From the NCBI GenBank assembly GCA_035280045.1, contig DATEGP010000078.1, positions 14,419 to 78,418 on the forward strand: a stretch of DNA of 64,000 nt, written 5' to 3'. The notes beneath the pieces are model-generated. The model saw nothing but the letters and a program-made list of their open reading frames with translations. It was not told where the DNA came from and ran no database searches. The DNA is from Candidatus Acidiferrum sp. Its GTDB lineage: Bacteria > Acidobacteriota > Terriglobia > Acidiferrales > UBA7541. Positions 54,289 through 64,000 of this stretch are shown piece by piece. Position 1 is the stretch's first letter, and each line of letters starts with the position of its first letter. Both the position numbers and the translations under genes were made by a program.

Positions 54289-56981
54289 GGCTGCCGGCCG
54301 TAGCGCTTGCCGGGGCTTTTGCCTCCGGCATCGCACTCGGCCTGCACCCCGCAGTGCCACCGCATGTAACTTCAGCCTTTTTCTTATCGGTTTTTTTCCT
54401 AAGCGCTCTCGTCCTCCTCATTGCGGGACTCGCCCTCGCAAGAATGGAACGTCTTTGGCCTGCCGCGGCCATTTCCTTGCTGAGCTGGACCTTGCTCGGC
54501 TTTCTCGGAACTTGCATCGCAGAGCAGCCCAGGCCAGCAAACCATGTAGCTGCTCTTTTGGAGCAAAAACGAATTTCGCTGAAGTCTCCTCTGCGCTGGA
54601 ACGGCCGTTTGCGTGACGAACCGGCAAAGCTGCCTTGGGGCTACGGTCTCGAAATCGATCTGTCGGGAGTTGAGTTCGAGGGGGCGGCCATTTCCGCGCA
54701 AGGAGGATTGCGGGTGAGTTTCACGCCGCAGCCGGAGCAAGCGTCTTTGCCGGAACTTCACGCGGGAGATGAAGTTTCCGTGTTGACCGAAGCGAAGCTT
54801 CCTCAGGTGTTCCGCGATGAAGGTGCCTTCGACCGGCGCGCCTACCTTGCGCAACAGAACATTGATTTAGTGGCCACCCTGCGCTCGGCAGCCCTGATCG
54901 AGCGCGTTGCTAATTCCAAGCCCAGCCTAACAACGCTTTTGGCCCGGACAAGAAGGCGACTGCGCGACGAAATTGACTGGCTCTGCGGCGATTCAACTCA
55001 AACAGCAGGCGTGCTGCGCGCCATGCTGCTAGGCGATCGCAGTTTTGTGGATCGCGCCGAGTCTACGGATTTTCAAAAGACCGGCGCGTTTCACGTTCTC
55101 GTCGTAGCAGGATTGCACGTGGGCGCGATCGCGGCCGTGCTGTTTTGGATGGGACGCAAACTGCGTCTGTCGCATTCGCTAACGATGTTCCTCACCCTAG
55201 TCCTCCTTTTTTCTTATGTCGCCGTCGTCGAAGAGCGGCCTCCCGTCTTGCGCGCGGCAATCATGACGGCCATCGTGGTCCTGGGCGGATTTTTCTTCCG
55301 CCGGTTGGAGCTTCTGAATTCAGCCGCGGTCGCGGCGCTAATTCTCCTGATTGCAAAACCGCTGGCCTTGCGCGACTCCAGTTTTCAACTGACTTTTGTC
55401 GCCATTGGCTGCATTGCAGGACTGGCCGTGCCTTGGCTTGAGAAGACATTGCAGCCTTACGTGCGGGCCCTGCGAGGCTGGCGGGACGTAACCCGCGACG
55501 CGGCGTATAAACCCCGAGCAACCCAGTTCCGAATCGATTTGCGTTCTCTGGAGCGCTGGATAAGCGCACGCATGCCTGCGCGTCTTGGAAAAGCAACAGG
55601 CTACGGTATCACTGGCGGGCTGTCGCTCACGTTTCGTGTATGGGAACTGCTTGTCATCACGTTGGCCCTGCAAGCCGGAATGCTGCCGCTGATGGCGCGC
55701 GATTTTCATCGCATTTCCTTGTCAGCTCCAGTCGTGAATCTTGCGGCCGTGCCCATGGTTGGACTCCTCGTTCCACTCGGCTTTCTGACTCTTACGGCAG
55801 GTTTGATTTTTTCCGCCGCTGGAAAAGTGCTTGCCGTTCCGCTGACATGGCTCACAGGACTCCTCGTACATGCGGTTCAGTGGTTCGGCCATTTTCCGCG
55901 ATGGAGCTACCGGATCCCGGGGCCACCGCTGTTGGTGATTGTGGCTTTCTTTGTGTTGGGCGTCGCGCTCGCTGCAGCGATACGAATCACGCAAACACGC
56001 TGGAAGGTTCTTGGTCCTGGAATTTGCTTCGCTTGGCTCGCGTGCGCGCTGGTGATTGCTGTTTTTCCATTCGCGCCGAATTGGTCGCAGGGGAAACTGG
56101 AAGTAAGCATACTCGACGTGGGCCAGGGCGACTCGCTATTCATCGTTTCGCCTGCCGGAAAAACGATGTTAATCGACGGGGGCGGAGCCTTCGGCGGTTT
56201 TGCGGGACGAGAAGGATCTTTTAGCATTGATCCGGGTGAAGAAGCGGTATCGCCGTATCTCTGGTCACGCGGCTTCAAACAGTTGGATGTTGTAGCGTTG
56301 ACGCACGCTCATCAAGATCACCTCGGTGGCCTCGCCGCAATCCTCGAGAATTTCCACGTTGGGAAGCTCTGGATCGGGCGAGAAGTCTCATCTCCCGCCT
56401 TCGCCAGATTGGAACAACTCGCCAGAAACCGACGAATTCCCGTTGAACGCGAGCTTCGCGGGAAATCCTTTGATTGGGATGGAGTCAAGGGAGAATTTTT
56501 GTGGCCGGAAACGGACTCCTCGAACCCTGCCGCCGAAGCGAGAAACGACGACTCGATTGTCTTGAAGCTCCAGTACGGCAACAGAAACATTCTGTTGCCC
56601 GGCGACGCAGAAAGACAAGCAGAGCGCGGAATTTTATCCGAAAACCGCCGGGAAGCACTGCGGTCCGATGTACTCAAGGTTGGCCACCACGGTGGAAAAA
56701 ACTCCACAACGCAGGAATTCCTCCGCGCCGTGAAACCTAAGATCGGAATCATCTCCGTGGGAGAAGCGAATGCCTACGGTCATCCCAACCCTGAATTGGT
56801 GGAGCGATTAGAGGCATCGGGTGTGCGCGTCCTCCGCACCGATCGTGATGGCGCTGTGCATGTCCTGACGGACGGACAACAATTGGAGGTCAGTTGCTTC
56901 GTGGCTTGTCCCGGCGCGGCAATGGCAGTATCAATGCCGGCGAAAATACCAAATCAAAACCAGAACGCCCAGAAGCAGTAA
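54285..56981 (+). CDS. comEC: ComEC/Rec2 DNA-uptake channel
   Basis: HVLVVAGLHV, SFQLTF, LDVGQGDS, THAHQDH, KVGHHG, RTD. Confidence 0.95.
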   Translation: MRLPAVALAGAFASGIALGLHPAVPPHVTSAFFLSVFFLSALVLLIAGLALARMERLWPAAAISLLSWTLLGFLGTCIAEQPRPANHVAALLEQKRISLKSPLRWNGRLRDEPAKLPWGYGLEIDLSGVEFEGAAISAQGGLRVSFTPQPEQASLPELHAGDEVSVLTEAKLPQVFRDEGAFDRRAYLAQQNIDLVATLRSAALIERVANSKPSLTTLLARTRRRLRDEIDWLCGDSTQTAGVLRAMLLGDRSFVDRAESTDFQKTGAFHVLVVAGLHVGAIAAVLFWMGRKLRLSHSLTMFLTLVLLFSYVAVVEERPPVLRAAIMTAIVVLGGFFFRRLELLNSAAVAALILLIAKPLALRDSSFQLTFVAIGCIAGLAVPWLEKTLQPYVRALRGWRDVTRDAAYKPRATQFRIDLRSLERWISARMPARLGKATGYGITGGLSLTFRVWELLVITLALQAGMLPLMARDFHRISLSAPVVNLAAVPMVGLLVPLGFLTLTAGLIFSAAGKVLAVPLTWLTGLLVHAVQWFGHFPRWSYRIPGPPLLVIVAFFVLGVALAAAIRITQTRWKVLGPGICFAWLACALVIAVFPFAPNWSQGKLEVSILDVGQGDSLFIVSPAGKTMLIDGGGAFGGFAGREGSFSIDPGEEAVSPYLWSRGFKQLDVVALTHAHQDHLGGLAAILENFHVGKLWIGREVSSPAFARLEQLARNRRIPVERELRGKSFDWDGVKGEFLWPETDSSNPAAEARNDDSIVLKLQYGNRNILLPGDAERQAERGILSENRREALRSDVLKVGHHGGKNSTTQEFLRAVKPKIGIISVGEANAYGHPNPELVERLEASGVRVLRTDRDGAVHVLTDGQQLEVSCFVACPGAAMAVSMPAKIPNQNQNAQKQ

Positions 56982-57488
56982 AAAACCGACAGCTGCCTGC
57001 CATTCGTGGTTTTTCCTGTATTGCTCGAACGAAAACGATCCCGTGGATTCTCCCGAAGCTTTCGCGGGCTGTAGCCTCGGGAAAAACAAAGGGACTGTGC
57101 TCGCATACTCTTCAAAGACAACGCCGTGGCGGAGGTGTAATTCCTTTTCCTCACGCCGCATCACCATGGAATAAAAAACTGCAAAGTAAAGAAGGAGGAG
57201 AAACGCCGAAACCAACGACCGTGTCGCAACGGCAGCTCCCAAGGCCATAATGGCGCTGCCAAAATAGAGAGGATTTCTCGTGTGGGCGTATGGGCCCGTC
57301 ACGGAGAGAACTTCCTGTTTGTGTAAATAGCCGGCAGCATAGGCGCGGATCAAAAGGCCAAGTGCTCCAACGAGCCCTCCAAGCAGAATGCTGCGCGGCA
57401 TAGGCCGGGAAAACCAAAGAACCGCAAGTGCCAGCGGGTAACCGAGGCGAACGCGCCAACGCATGAAGAATTCACCCGGAAGACTCAT
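56931..57488 (-). CDS. ICMT/PEMT-family membrane methyltransferase
   Basis: TGPYAHTRNPLY, EEKEL, Y...VPLFFPR. Confidence 0.85.
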   Translation of the reverse strand: MSLPGEFFMRWRVRLGYPLALAVLWFSRPMPRSILLGGLVGALGLLIRAYAAGYLHKQEVLSVTGPYAHTRNPLYFGSAIMALGAAVATRSLVSAFLLLLYFAVFYSMVMRREEKELHLRHGVVFEEYASTVPLFFPRLQPAKASGESTGSFSFEQYRKNHEWQAAVGFLLLLGVLVLIWYFRRH

Positions 57489-58501
57489 CGGCGCGCCTCG
57501 ACTTGCCTGCGCACGGCGTCGAAAACCGTGGCGACGTCCAACTCGAGCAAGGAAGGGTCCGGCCTGTCTCCGCGCTTATATGTGCTCACCGCACGCGGGC
57601 TGCGCAGAACAATGTCTTTCACGGAATCGCAAGCCGGCCGATACGGACCGTTGCGAGCAGGGTCCGTCGGCCCGAAGAGCGCGACCACCGGCGTTCCCAG
57701 TGCCACAGCAAGGTGCAAAGGCCCCGTGTCTCCTGCAACGACGCAGAGCGCATTGCGCAAAAAAGCCATAAGCTGGTGCAGCGAACTGCTACACGCGACG
57801 GGAGCAGCATCGCCGCTTGCGGCTTTCACGGCGGCTATACACTCCTCGTCGCCTGGGCCCTGATTCAGGATGCACCGCAGCCCAAGGTTTGTATCAATTT
57901 GCTGACAAAGGGCGCCATAACGTTCAGGCGGCCAGCATTTCGAGCGCCATCCCCCGGCGGGACTCAGGACAACGTAGCGGTCTACGCCAAGACCGCGCAA
58001 AAGCTGCAACGCAAACGCCTCTTGGAGGGAAGGCAAAGAAAGCTGAAATGCCGCAACGCCATTTCGCGAACCCGCGCGGTGCGAAAGCTCGCCATTTTGA
58101 TCGGCAACGTGAGGCTGCGTTATGCGTACTCGGTCCGTGTAAAGGAGCGGCACCCCGAACTCGCGAACCGATTGCGAAGAAAATCCAATGCGCCGCGGCA
58201 CGCGCCCAAGAAACGGAATCGCCGCGGACTTCCAAAGCCCTTGATAATCGATGGCCGCCGTGAATTGCCTCTTTCGGATGCGGCTGAGAATCTCGCGGAC
58301 GGAAGCATAAGCGCGCGTCTCAACCTCCCAAATCTCAGTGGCGAGTTCACTGGCCTCCACCAAATCCTTCCATCGAGGATGCGTAAGCCAAACTATCTCC
58401 GCTTTTGGAAAAGATTCACGAAGCGCAGCCACGGCGGGAAATGTATGGACAATATCTCCAAGCGAACCCAGCCGCACCACGAGAAAGCGCGGCTCAGTCA
58501 T
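57485..58501 (-). CDS. waaC: GT9 heptosyltransferase I-like
   Basis: [37 protein letters not shown]. Confidence 0.8.
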   Translation of the reverse strand: MTEPRFLVVRLGSLGDIVHTFPAVAALRESFPKAEIVWLTHPRWKDLVEASELATEIWEVETRAYASVREILSRIRKRQFTAAIDYQGLWKSAAIPFLGRVPRRIGFSSQSVREFGVPLLYTDRVRITQPHVADQNGELSHRAGSRNGVAAFQLSLPSLQEAFALQLLRGLGVDRYVVLSPAGGWRSKCWPPERYGALCQQIDTNLGLRCILNQGPGDEECIAAVKAASGDAAPVACSSSLHQLMAFLRNALCVVAGDTGPLHLAVALGTPVVALFGPTDPARNGPYRPACDSVKDIVLRSPRAVSTYKRGDRPDPSLLELDVATVFDAVRRQVEARR

Positions 58502-58985
58502 GCTCCGCCTTGCTGATGGCATCGAAAAGCGTCCGTGTCGAATGATCCTTTGGGTCGCCCACGATGGCCACGCGAATCCCAAGCCGCGCGGCCGTAGCTC
58601 GCTCCGGCACGGTTTCTGCCGTATAGTCCGTGCCCTTCGCGTGAACGTCGGGCCGCAACTCTTCGAGAAGCCGCTCGACAGTGGGTTCGGGAAAGAGCAC
58701 AACATAGTCCACCAAGCGAAGAGCCGCGACAAGCAAAGCCCGCGCGTTTTCATCGAGCACGGGCCGCCCAAGCCCCTTCAAACCGCGCACACTGGAATCG
58801 TCATTAATGCCCACAACGAGGATGTCGCCCTCGCGCCGTGCCCCCTCCAGATAGCGGATGTGGCCCACGTGCAGAGTATCGAAGCAACCATTGGTAAAAA
58901 CTATCCGTTCGCCACGCCGCTTGTGCTCCGCGAGTTTTTCCTGCAGCGCCTCGCGAGGAACGATTTTGCTGCGAGCTTCTCGCAT
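58494..58985 (-). CDS. hldC: ADP-heptose adenylyltransferase (RfaE domain II)
   Basis: [26 protein letters not shown]. Confidence 0.9.
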   Translation of the reverse strand: MREARSKIVPREALQEKLAEHKRRGERIVFTNGCFDTLHVGHIRYLEGARREGDILVVGINDDSSVRGLKGLGRPVLDENARALLVAALRLVDYVVLFPEPTVERLLEELRPDVHAKGTDYTAETVPERATAARLGIRVAIVGDPKDHSTRTLFDAISKAEHD

Positions 58986-58988
58986 GAC

Positions 58989-60047
58989 TCAGGAAGCGGC
59001 TCCGGAAATCTCTCCGCGAATGGCATCAAGGAGTTCCTGGCGCGACACGGTCGCCGTTCCGCGCTTCATAACCACGAGCCCGCCAGCGATGTTTGCGATC
59101 TGGGCAGCCTCCAAAGGCGAGGCGCCGCACGCGAGAGCTAATGTGTATGCGGCGAGAACGGTGTCCCCTGCCCCGGTAACGTCCACCGCCTGGTCCGAGC
59201 CGTGCACCGGGATGTGGGTGAGGCGCTCATCTGCTTCAAACAAGGCCATGCCGTGCCGACCCCGAGTCACAAGGAGCGCGCGCAATTTCATGGAAGAAAG
59301 TGTTGCATTCCCCGCCCTCGCAAGTTCCCCAGCATTGGCTCCGATGGTCGTGTGATGCTCGTCCTCCAGTTCAGCCTCATTCGGAGTGGCCGACGTGATG
59401 CCTGACTTCGCATAGCGGTGCAGCCCATAACGAGCATCAAGAGTGACGGGCAGCTGCTTCTTGAGCTTTCCGGCAGCTTCGCGAACCAGTTCAGGCGTAG
59501 CAACCCCAAAGCCATAATCCGAGACGGCCAAAGCATCCGCACTGCGCAGGATCGCCAAAAGCTTTTGCTGAATTTTCTTATGCACCGCGTCAGGCAAGGG
59601 GCCTTGTGGCTCGTAGTCGAACCGCAAGACTTGTTGCGCAACCGTGTGAGCCCAGCCCGCAAGAAACCGGCTCTTGGTAGGAGTTGCCCGGCCTTTCGTG
59701 CGAACGATTCCGCTTGTGTTCACGCCTTTCTGGCGGAAATATTGGATAAGAGCGTTGCCGGCAGCATCGTCACCAACAACAGTAATCGGCAACACTTTTG
59801 CCCCGAGGGAGGAAAGATTATTGGCTGCGTTGGCTCCTCCACCCGGAACCATTTGCGTCTCGCGGTGCTTCAAGATCAAAACCGGGGCCTCGCGCGAAAC
59901 GCGGGAGATGTCGCCATAACGAAATTCATCAGCGACGAAATCTCCCAGGAGAACAATGGTCTTGCTCGAGAATTTCTCCACGCACTCCGCAAGATCGCGA
60001 AGGTCCACCGACGGCGAGGCTGGCTTTGTAGCTCGGGGCCGTTTCAT
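58989..60047 (-). CDS. hldA: Heptose-7-phosphate kinase (RfaE domain I)
   Basis: RVSREAPV, GGGANAA, SDYG, TPNEAE, DVTGAGDT. Confidence 0.9.
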   Translation of the reverse strand: MKRPRATKPASPSVDLRDLAECVEKFSSKTIVLLGDFVADEFRYGDISRVSREAPVLILKHRETQMVPGGGANAANNLSSLGAKVLPITVVGDDAAGNALIQYFRQKGVNTSGIVRTKGRATPTKSRFLAGWAHTVAQQVLRFDYEPQGPLPDAVHKKIQQKLLAILRSADALAVSDYGFGVATPELVREAAGKLKKQLPVTLDARYGLHRYAKSGITSATPNEAELEDEHHTTIGANAGELARAGNATLSSMKLRALLVTRGRHGMALFEADERLTHIPVHGSDQAVDVTGAGDTVLAAYTLALACGASPLEAAQIANIAGGLVVMKRGTATVSRQELLDAIRGEISGAAS

Positions 60048-60613
60048 CGTGCTTGCCTCAAGAGCCAATCCACTGCGTGTGTCAAGTCCTCGGCTATGAA
60101 GTCGGGCGGCGCGGGCCATTTCGAAGCATGCCAGGCAAGCTCGCCTTCTCCGTAACCAGTGCGCACAAGAATTCCGCGCGCTTTGGCGTTGTGGGCCAGT
60201 TGGACGTCACCATGACGGTCCCCAACTACAAAAGACCGCTGCAAATCGATGCAATGTTCGAGGGCCGCGCGCTCCACCATCCCAGGCTTAGGCTTTCGGC
60301 ACTCGCAGTTGTCCGAAGATGCGTGCGGGCAATAGTAAACGCCATCCACCTTAGCGCCTGCCTCGGAGAGTTGCTGCACCATAACCTGATTTACCTGTTG
60401 CACCAAAGACTCCGGGAAATATCCGCGCGCCACGCCAGACTGATTCGACACGACAATCACCGAAAAGTTCGCATCATTGAGCCGCCGCAACGCCGCCGCG
60501 GCAAACGGGAACATACGAAAACGGCTCACGTGATTCAAGTAGCCAACCTCATCACAAATGGTACCGTCGCGGTCGAGGAACACGGCGGGACGAAAACGAG
60601 AGGGTTCAGGCAC
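60044..60613 (-). CDS. gmhB: D-glycero-D-manno-heptose 1,7-bisphosphate phosphatase
   Basis: FLDRDGT, SNQSG, CPH...CECRKP, VGD. Confidence 0.93.
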   Translation of the reverse strand: MPEPSRFRPAVFLDRDGTICDEVGYLNHVSRFRMFPFAAAALRRLNDANFSVIVVSNQSGVARGYFPESLVQQVNQVMVQQLSEAGAKVDGVYYCPHASSDNCECRKPKPGMVERAALEHCIDLQRSFVVGDRHGDVQLAHNAKARGILVRTGYGEGELAWHASKWPAPPDFIAEDLTHAVDWLLRQAR

Positions 60614-61652
60614 GCTGCGCCTCCACCGCCGAGAGCCAGGGTTTCACGGCGGCCTCCACCATCTCCGGCGTCACGGCGCGCATGCAGCGATGGTCCGTCG
60701 GGCAGTGGCGAAGAAAACAAGGGCTGCAATAGGGCTTTTGCTGAACGATCGTGCACCGTGGAGTCACGGGGGCTGTACCGTGTGGATCCGTGGGGCCAAA
60801 CACAGCGACCACCGGCAAGCCTACACCAGCTGCGACGTGCATCGCTCCTGAATCGTTCCCGATGAAAAGATGGCATTGTGAAAGCAACGCGGGAAGCTCC
60901 GCTATCGAGGTCTTCTCCGTGAGATCGATGGGCGGCCGGCGCAGCTCAGATGCGATCGCTCGCGTGACCGCCGCCTCGGTGGCCGTCCCGAAAAGAATTA
61001 CGTCCGCGTCAGTCTCCGACTGCAGCCGATTCACGAGTTCGGCAAATCGCGATGGCGGCCAGCATTTTGCGGAGCCGTAGGAGGCTCCCGCGCCGACAGC
61101 GATGCGCAGAGCGTCGGGACGTACGCCGGATTCAGTAAGAAACTCCTCTGCGCGCTTGCGGCTTACCTTTGAAACCTTTAAAGAGATGAAAGATTCATCG
61201 GGGAGCGAATCTATCCAGCCGACACGGCGAAGAAGCTCCATATAATAAAACTTTTCGTGCGGCGGAATTTCGCCTACTTTCGGAACGCGAATCGCCTTTG
61301 TCAGCAGGAAGCTGCGCCCATCCCGTGCATAGCCGATCCTCTCCGAAATGCCCGCGCGCCACGCCAGCCATGCGGCATTAAAAGCGTTTTGAAGCAGAAG
61401 CGCCACATCGAATTTCTGGGCTCGCAATTCCGCCGCCAGCCTTTCGCGGCCGAGAACTCCCGCATGCTTCGTTTGCGATTCGTAGGCGATGAGTTGATTG
61501 CATATTTCCTGCTCGCGATAAATATCAGCCACGTACGGTCGCGCAAGAAGTGCAATTTCAGCCTCGGGAAAGCGGCTCCGCACCGCTCGCAGCGCCGGCA
61601 ACGCCATGATGGCGTCCCCCACCCAGTTCGGCGCGCGAATCAGAATCTTCAT
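60606..61652 (-). CDS. waaF: LPS heptosyltransferase II
   Basis: IRAPNWVGDAIM, GASYGSAKCWP, NDSGAMH, FGPT. Confidence 0.92.
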   Translation of the reverse strand: MKILIRAPNWVGDAIMALPALRAVRSRFPEAEIALLARPYVADIYREQEICNQLIAYESQTKHAGVLGRERLAAELRAQKFDVALLLQNAFNAAWLAWRAGISERIGYARDGRSFLLTKAIRVPKVGEIPPHEKFYYMELLRRVGWIDSLPDESFISLKVSKVSRKRAEEFLTESGVRPDALRIAVGAGASYGSAKCWPPSRFAELVNRLQSETDADVILFGTATEAAVTRAIASELRRPPIDLTEKTSIAELPALLSQCHLFIGNDSGAMHVAAGVGLPVVAVFGPTDPHGTAPVTPRCTIVQQKPYCSPCFLRHCPTDHRCMRAVTPEMVEAAVKPWLSAVEAQRA

Positions 61653-62653
61653 GCCGCAGCACCAATCTTTGCCGCCAGCAAGCGCTCTAAGACGCTGTGA
61701 AAATCGGCTTCCGGGGTGACCTGCAAATCAATAACGGAGACGAACAGAGGTGCTTCAAACATTAGCCCTGCGAGATTCTGCGCGTCCTTCTCTGTAGTAA
61801 CAAAGGCCCTGGCCCCGGCCCTTTTGCCTTCTTCTTGGATTGTGAAGACGTCCCGTGGTGAGTAATAGTGATGATCCGCAAAAATAGTCCGGCCGCAAAT
61901 CGGCAAACCCCAAGATCGCAGGTCCCGCAAGAATGCCTGAGGATTCCCTATTCCGCAAAAAGCGAAGAACGGTCCCGCCCCAATATCATTAACGGACTGC
62001 AACTGAATCCCGCCTCCGCAACCCCGGAATCCCAATAATCGCGTAGTCGCGGAAAAAACCGGTAGCTGAGTGAGCCTCTCAATAGCTTCCGAGGCTCCCG
62101 GCTTTGTTTCCGAACGAGTGAACACAACTAGATTGGCGCGGTCCATGGCGGAAAGCGGCTCGCGAAGCAAACCCCCAGGAAGCAAGTGTTCCCCCTGCAT
62201 CGGGCGCGACGCATCAATTAAAAGAATATCCAAGTCGCGCACAAGCTGAAGGTGCTGAAAACCGTCGTCGAGAAGGAAAACGTCAATAGGCTGCTGGGCT
62301 TCCAGCCGCTGGCCTTCCGCAAAGCGATCTTTGCCAACACCGAAAGCCACGCGTCCTTGCAGACGGAACTTCATCAGCTCGACTTCGTCGCTGGTGCCGT
62401 TCGAGCCGTGATAGCCACGGCTGAGAATCCCAACGCGCTTCCCTTCTGCAAGAAACTTTTCCGCGAGCCAAATCACCATGGGAGTCTTACCGGTGCCTCC
62501 GACGGTAAGATTCCCCACGCTGATGACCGTCCCTTTCAGCCGTTTTTGCTTGAGCAAGCCTTTTTGAAACATCCACACACGCGCCCGAACAACGCCGCCG
62601 TAGATTAAGGAAAGAGGCCAAAGGATAGCGCGTAAAAAAGGATGAGCATTCAT
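61649..62653 (-). CDS. lpxK: Tetraacyldisaccharide 4'-kinase
   Basis: SVGNLTVGGTGKTP, SRGY, LDDGFQH, TTEKD. Confidence 0.96.
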   Translation of the reverse strand: MNAHPFLRAILWPLSLIYGGVVRARVWMFQKGLLKQKRLKGTVISVGNLTVGGTGKTPMVIWLAEKFLAEGKRVGILSRGYHGSNGTSDEVELMKFRLQGRVAFGVGKDRFAEGQRLEAQQPIDVFLLDDGFQHLQLVRDLDILLIDASRPMQGEHLLPGGLLREPLSAMDRANLVVFTRSETKPGASEAIERLTQLPVFSATTRLLGFRGCGGGIQLQSVNDIGAGPFFAFCGIGNPQAFLRDLRSWGLPICGRTIFADHHYYSPRDVFTIQEEGKRAGARAFVTTEKDAQNLAGLMFEAPLFVSVIDLQVTPEADFHSVLERLLAAKIGAAA

Positions 62654-64000
62654 CGCCCAGCACCCTTCAAGTGGAAGGCAATTCTCTCCAGGGCCCGGCT
62701 CGTAGCCCCGCGGCTGCCTTCAACGAGGTTGCGCGCCCTATCGCTCATTTCCTTCATGCGCTGCGGATTGCGAAACAATTCAATCCACGCCACGCCTACG
62801 TCCTCAGGACTTTCCACCTGAATGGCCGCCCCGGCCGAAACAAACCGCGATGCGATCTCCGCAAAATTTTCCATCGAAGGCCCAAAAATCGGAACCTTGC
62901 CGAATGCGGCCGGTTCCAAAATGTTATGCCCCCCCGAAGGAACAAGCGACCCCCCCACAAAGGCGCCGTCCGCTAAACGATAGAGCGACGCCAGTTCCCC
63001 GATGCTATCCAGAAGCAAAACCGTGACATCGTTCGGGATAGCAGAATTGCTCGTGTGACCGTTGCCTCCACCAGCGGCCTTGGCGGGAGCCGGAATTGGC
63101 AATTGCGATCGCCGCAGAAATTTGCGATGTGATTCTTCGACGAACTCCGCGGCGGCGGCAAATTGTTCCGGCTTCCGCGGCGCAAGCACCAGGAGCGCAT
63201 TGCGGTATTCGCCCTGAAGTGTTCCAAAGGCAATCAGCGCCAACGGCTCTTCCGTGGCCACAACGCTACCGGCGACGATGACCGGTGAGCGGCCACTGCG
63301 CCTCACCTCGGCCTCAAGCCAATTGGCGAGGGGTGTCGGCGCAGGCAGCTCCGAGTCATACTTCAGATTGCCGCTAACCACAACGCGGTCGGCAGGTGCC
63401 CCGAGTGCACGAATGCGCTCCGCGTCATTCTCGCTTTGCATTAGAAAACCGCTGGCGTGAGAGAGGGAATCCTTCAGGAGCGGGCGCAGAAAAAAACCAA
63501 AAACGCCAAAAAACTTCTGATATCTGGCGAACGAGCGATCCGAAATCCGTCCACTGACAAAAAGAACTGGAACCTTGTGCTTGCCGGCCTCCCGCAGAAA
63601 ATTCGGCCAGATTTCCGTTTCCAGAACGAGAACAAGGGACGGGCGGACCGCTTCAAAGGCGCGCCTGACGCAGAAATCCCAATCGAGGGGAAAGTAAACA
63701 ACCCCATCTGCAAAAGGCATCCTCTCGCGAGCCAGCGTCTGCCCGGTAATCGTGGTCGTGGATACAATGAGAGGCCGCTCCGGGTAGGCTGCTTTCAACT
63801 GTCGCGCCAACGTAACGCCGGATAACACTTCACCTACACTGACCGCATGAATCCAGATCGACCCCGCGCGATCGGCGGGAAGCTTCGCCAGCGCCGGAAA
63901 GGAAAACCCCAGCCGTTCTTTCAGATTGGAAAAATACTTTCCATGGCGCAGCCCTTTCAACACCCAGTACGGTGTGAGCAGAAGAACCGCAAGGCCCATC
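62650..64000 (-). CDS. waaA: Kdo transferase (5' truncated by window edge)
   Basis: WIHAVSVGE, ETEIWPN, GNLKYD, GGHNILEPA. Confidence 0.95.
   Translation of the reverse strand, partial: MGLAVLLLTPYWVLKGLRHGKYFSNLKERLGFSFPALAKLPADRAGSIWIHAVSVGEVLSGVTLARQLKAAYPERPLIVSTTTITGQTLARERMPFADGVVYFPLDWDFCVRRAFEAVRPSLVLVLETEIWPNFLREAGKHKVPVLFVSGRISDRSFARYQKFFGVFGFFLRPLLKDSLSHASGFLMQSENDAERIRALGAPADRVVVSGNLKYDSELPAPTPLANWLEAEVRRSGRSPVIVAGSVVATEEPLALIAFGTLQGEYRNALLVLAPRKPEQFAAAAEFVEESHRKFLRRSQLPIPAPAKAAGGGNGHTSNSAIPNDVTVLLLDSIGELASLYRLADGAFVGGSLVPSGGHNILEPAAFGKVPIFGPSMENFAEIASRFVSAGAAIQVESPEDVGVAWIELFRNPQRMKEMSDRARNLVEGSRGATSRALERIAFHLKGAGR

Noticed and set aside
58494-60047. Split HldE as a novelty
   Set aside because: Separate HldA and HldC genes are common in many Gram-negative bacteria.

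Overview
This is a high-GC bacterial chromosome segment, most likely Acidobacteriota. That assignment is inferred from the gene-family mix: CadC-type wHTH, several PilZ proteins, a PD40 Ser/Thr kinase, S9 peptidases and a full LPS pathway. It is mostly core genome interleaved with small accessory blocks. From left to right: sdhB (5' truncated) plus a partner gene, secreted accessory proteins (Tat ferritin-like, GH2 exo-glucosaminidase, DUF4382), tRNA-Leu(CAA), a polyphosphate module (CHAD-HD, sixA, ppx, two tandem thymidylate-kinase-like genes), mlaDFE split by an S9 peptidase, aroC-def-fmt, vapBC, an exported TldD/TldE pair, PASTA, a PilZ-PilZ-degenerate GGDEF cluster, a peroxiredoxin, bamD, a RomR-like regulator, valS-nadC-birA-coaX, rlmD-comEC and an LPS inner-core operon (waaA truncated). 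I found no CRISPR array, integrase, transposase, prophage or rRNA. Best leads: (1) a heteromeric TMK-like pair that is probably a family-3-type polyphosphate kinase in a bacterium; (2) a Cys peroxiredoxin with a SECIS-like hairpin right after its catalytic codon, suggesting a former selenoprotein; (3) a RomR/PopZ-like scaffold upstream of valS; (4) low-GC3 divergent patches inside valS and fmt; (5) signal-peptide-bearing TldD/E; (6) an LmtA-like methyltransferase ending the LPS operon. All calls come from reading motifs by eye; no database search was run.
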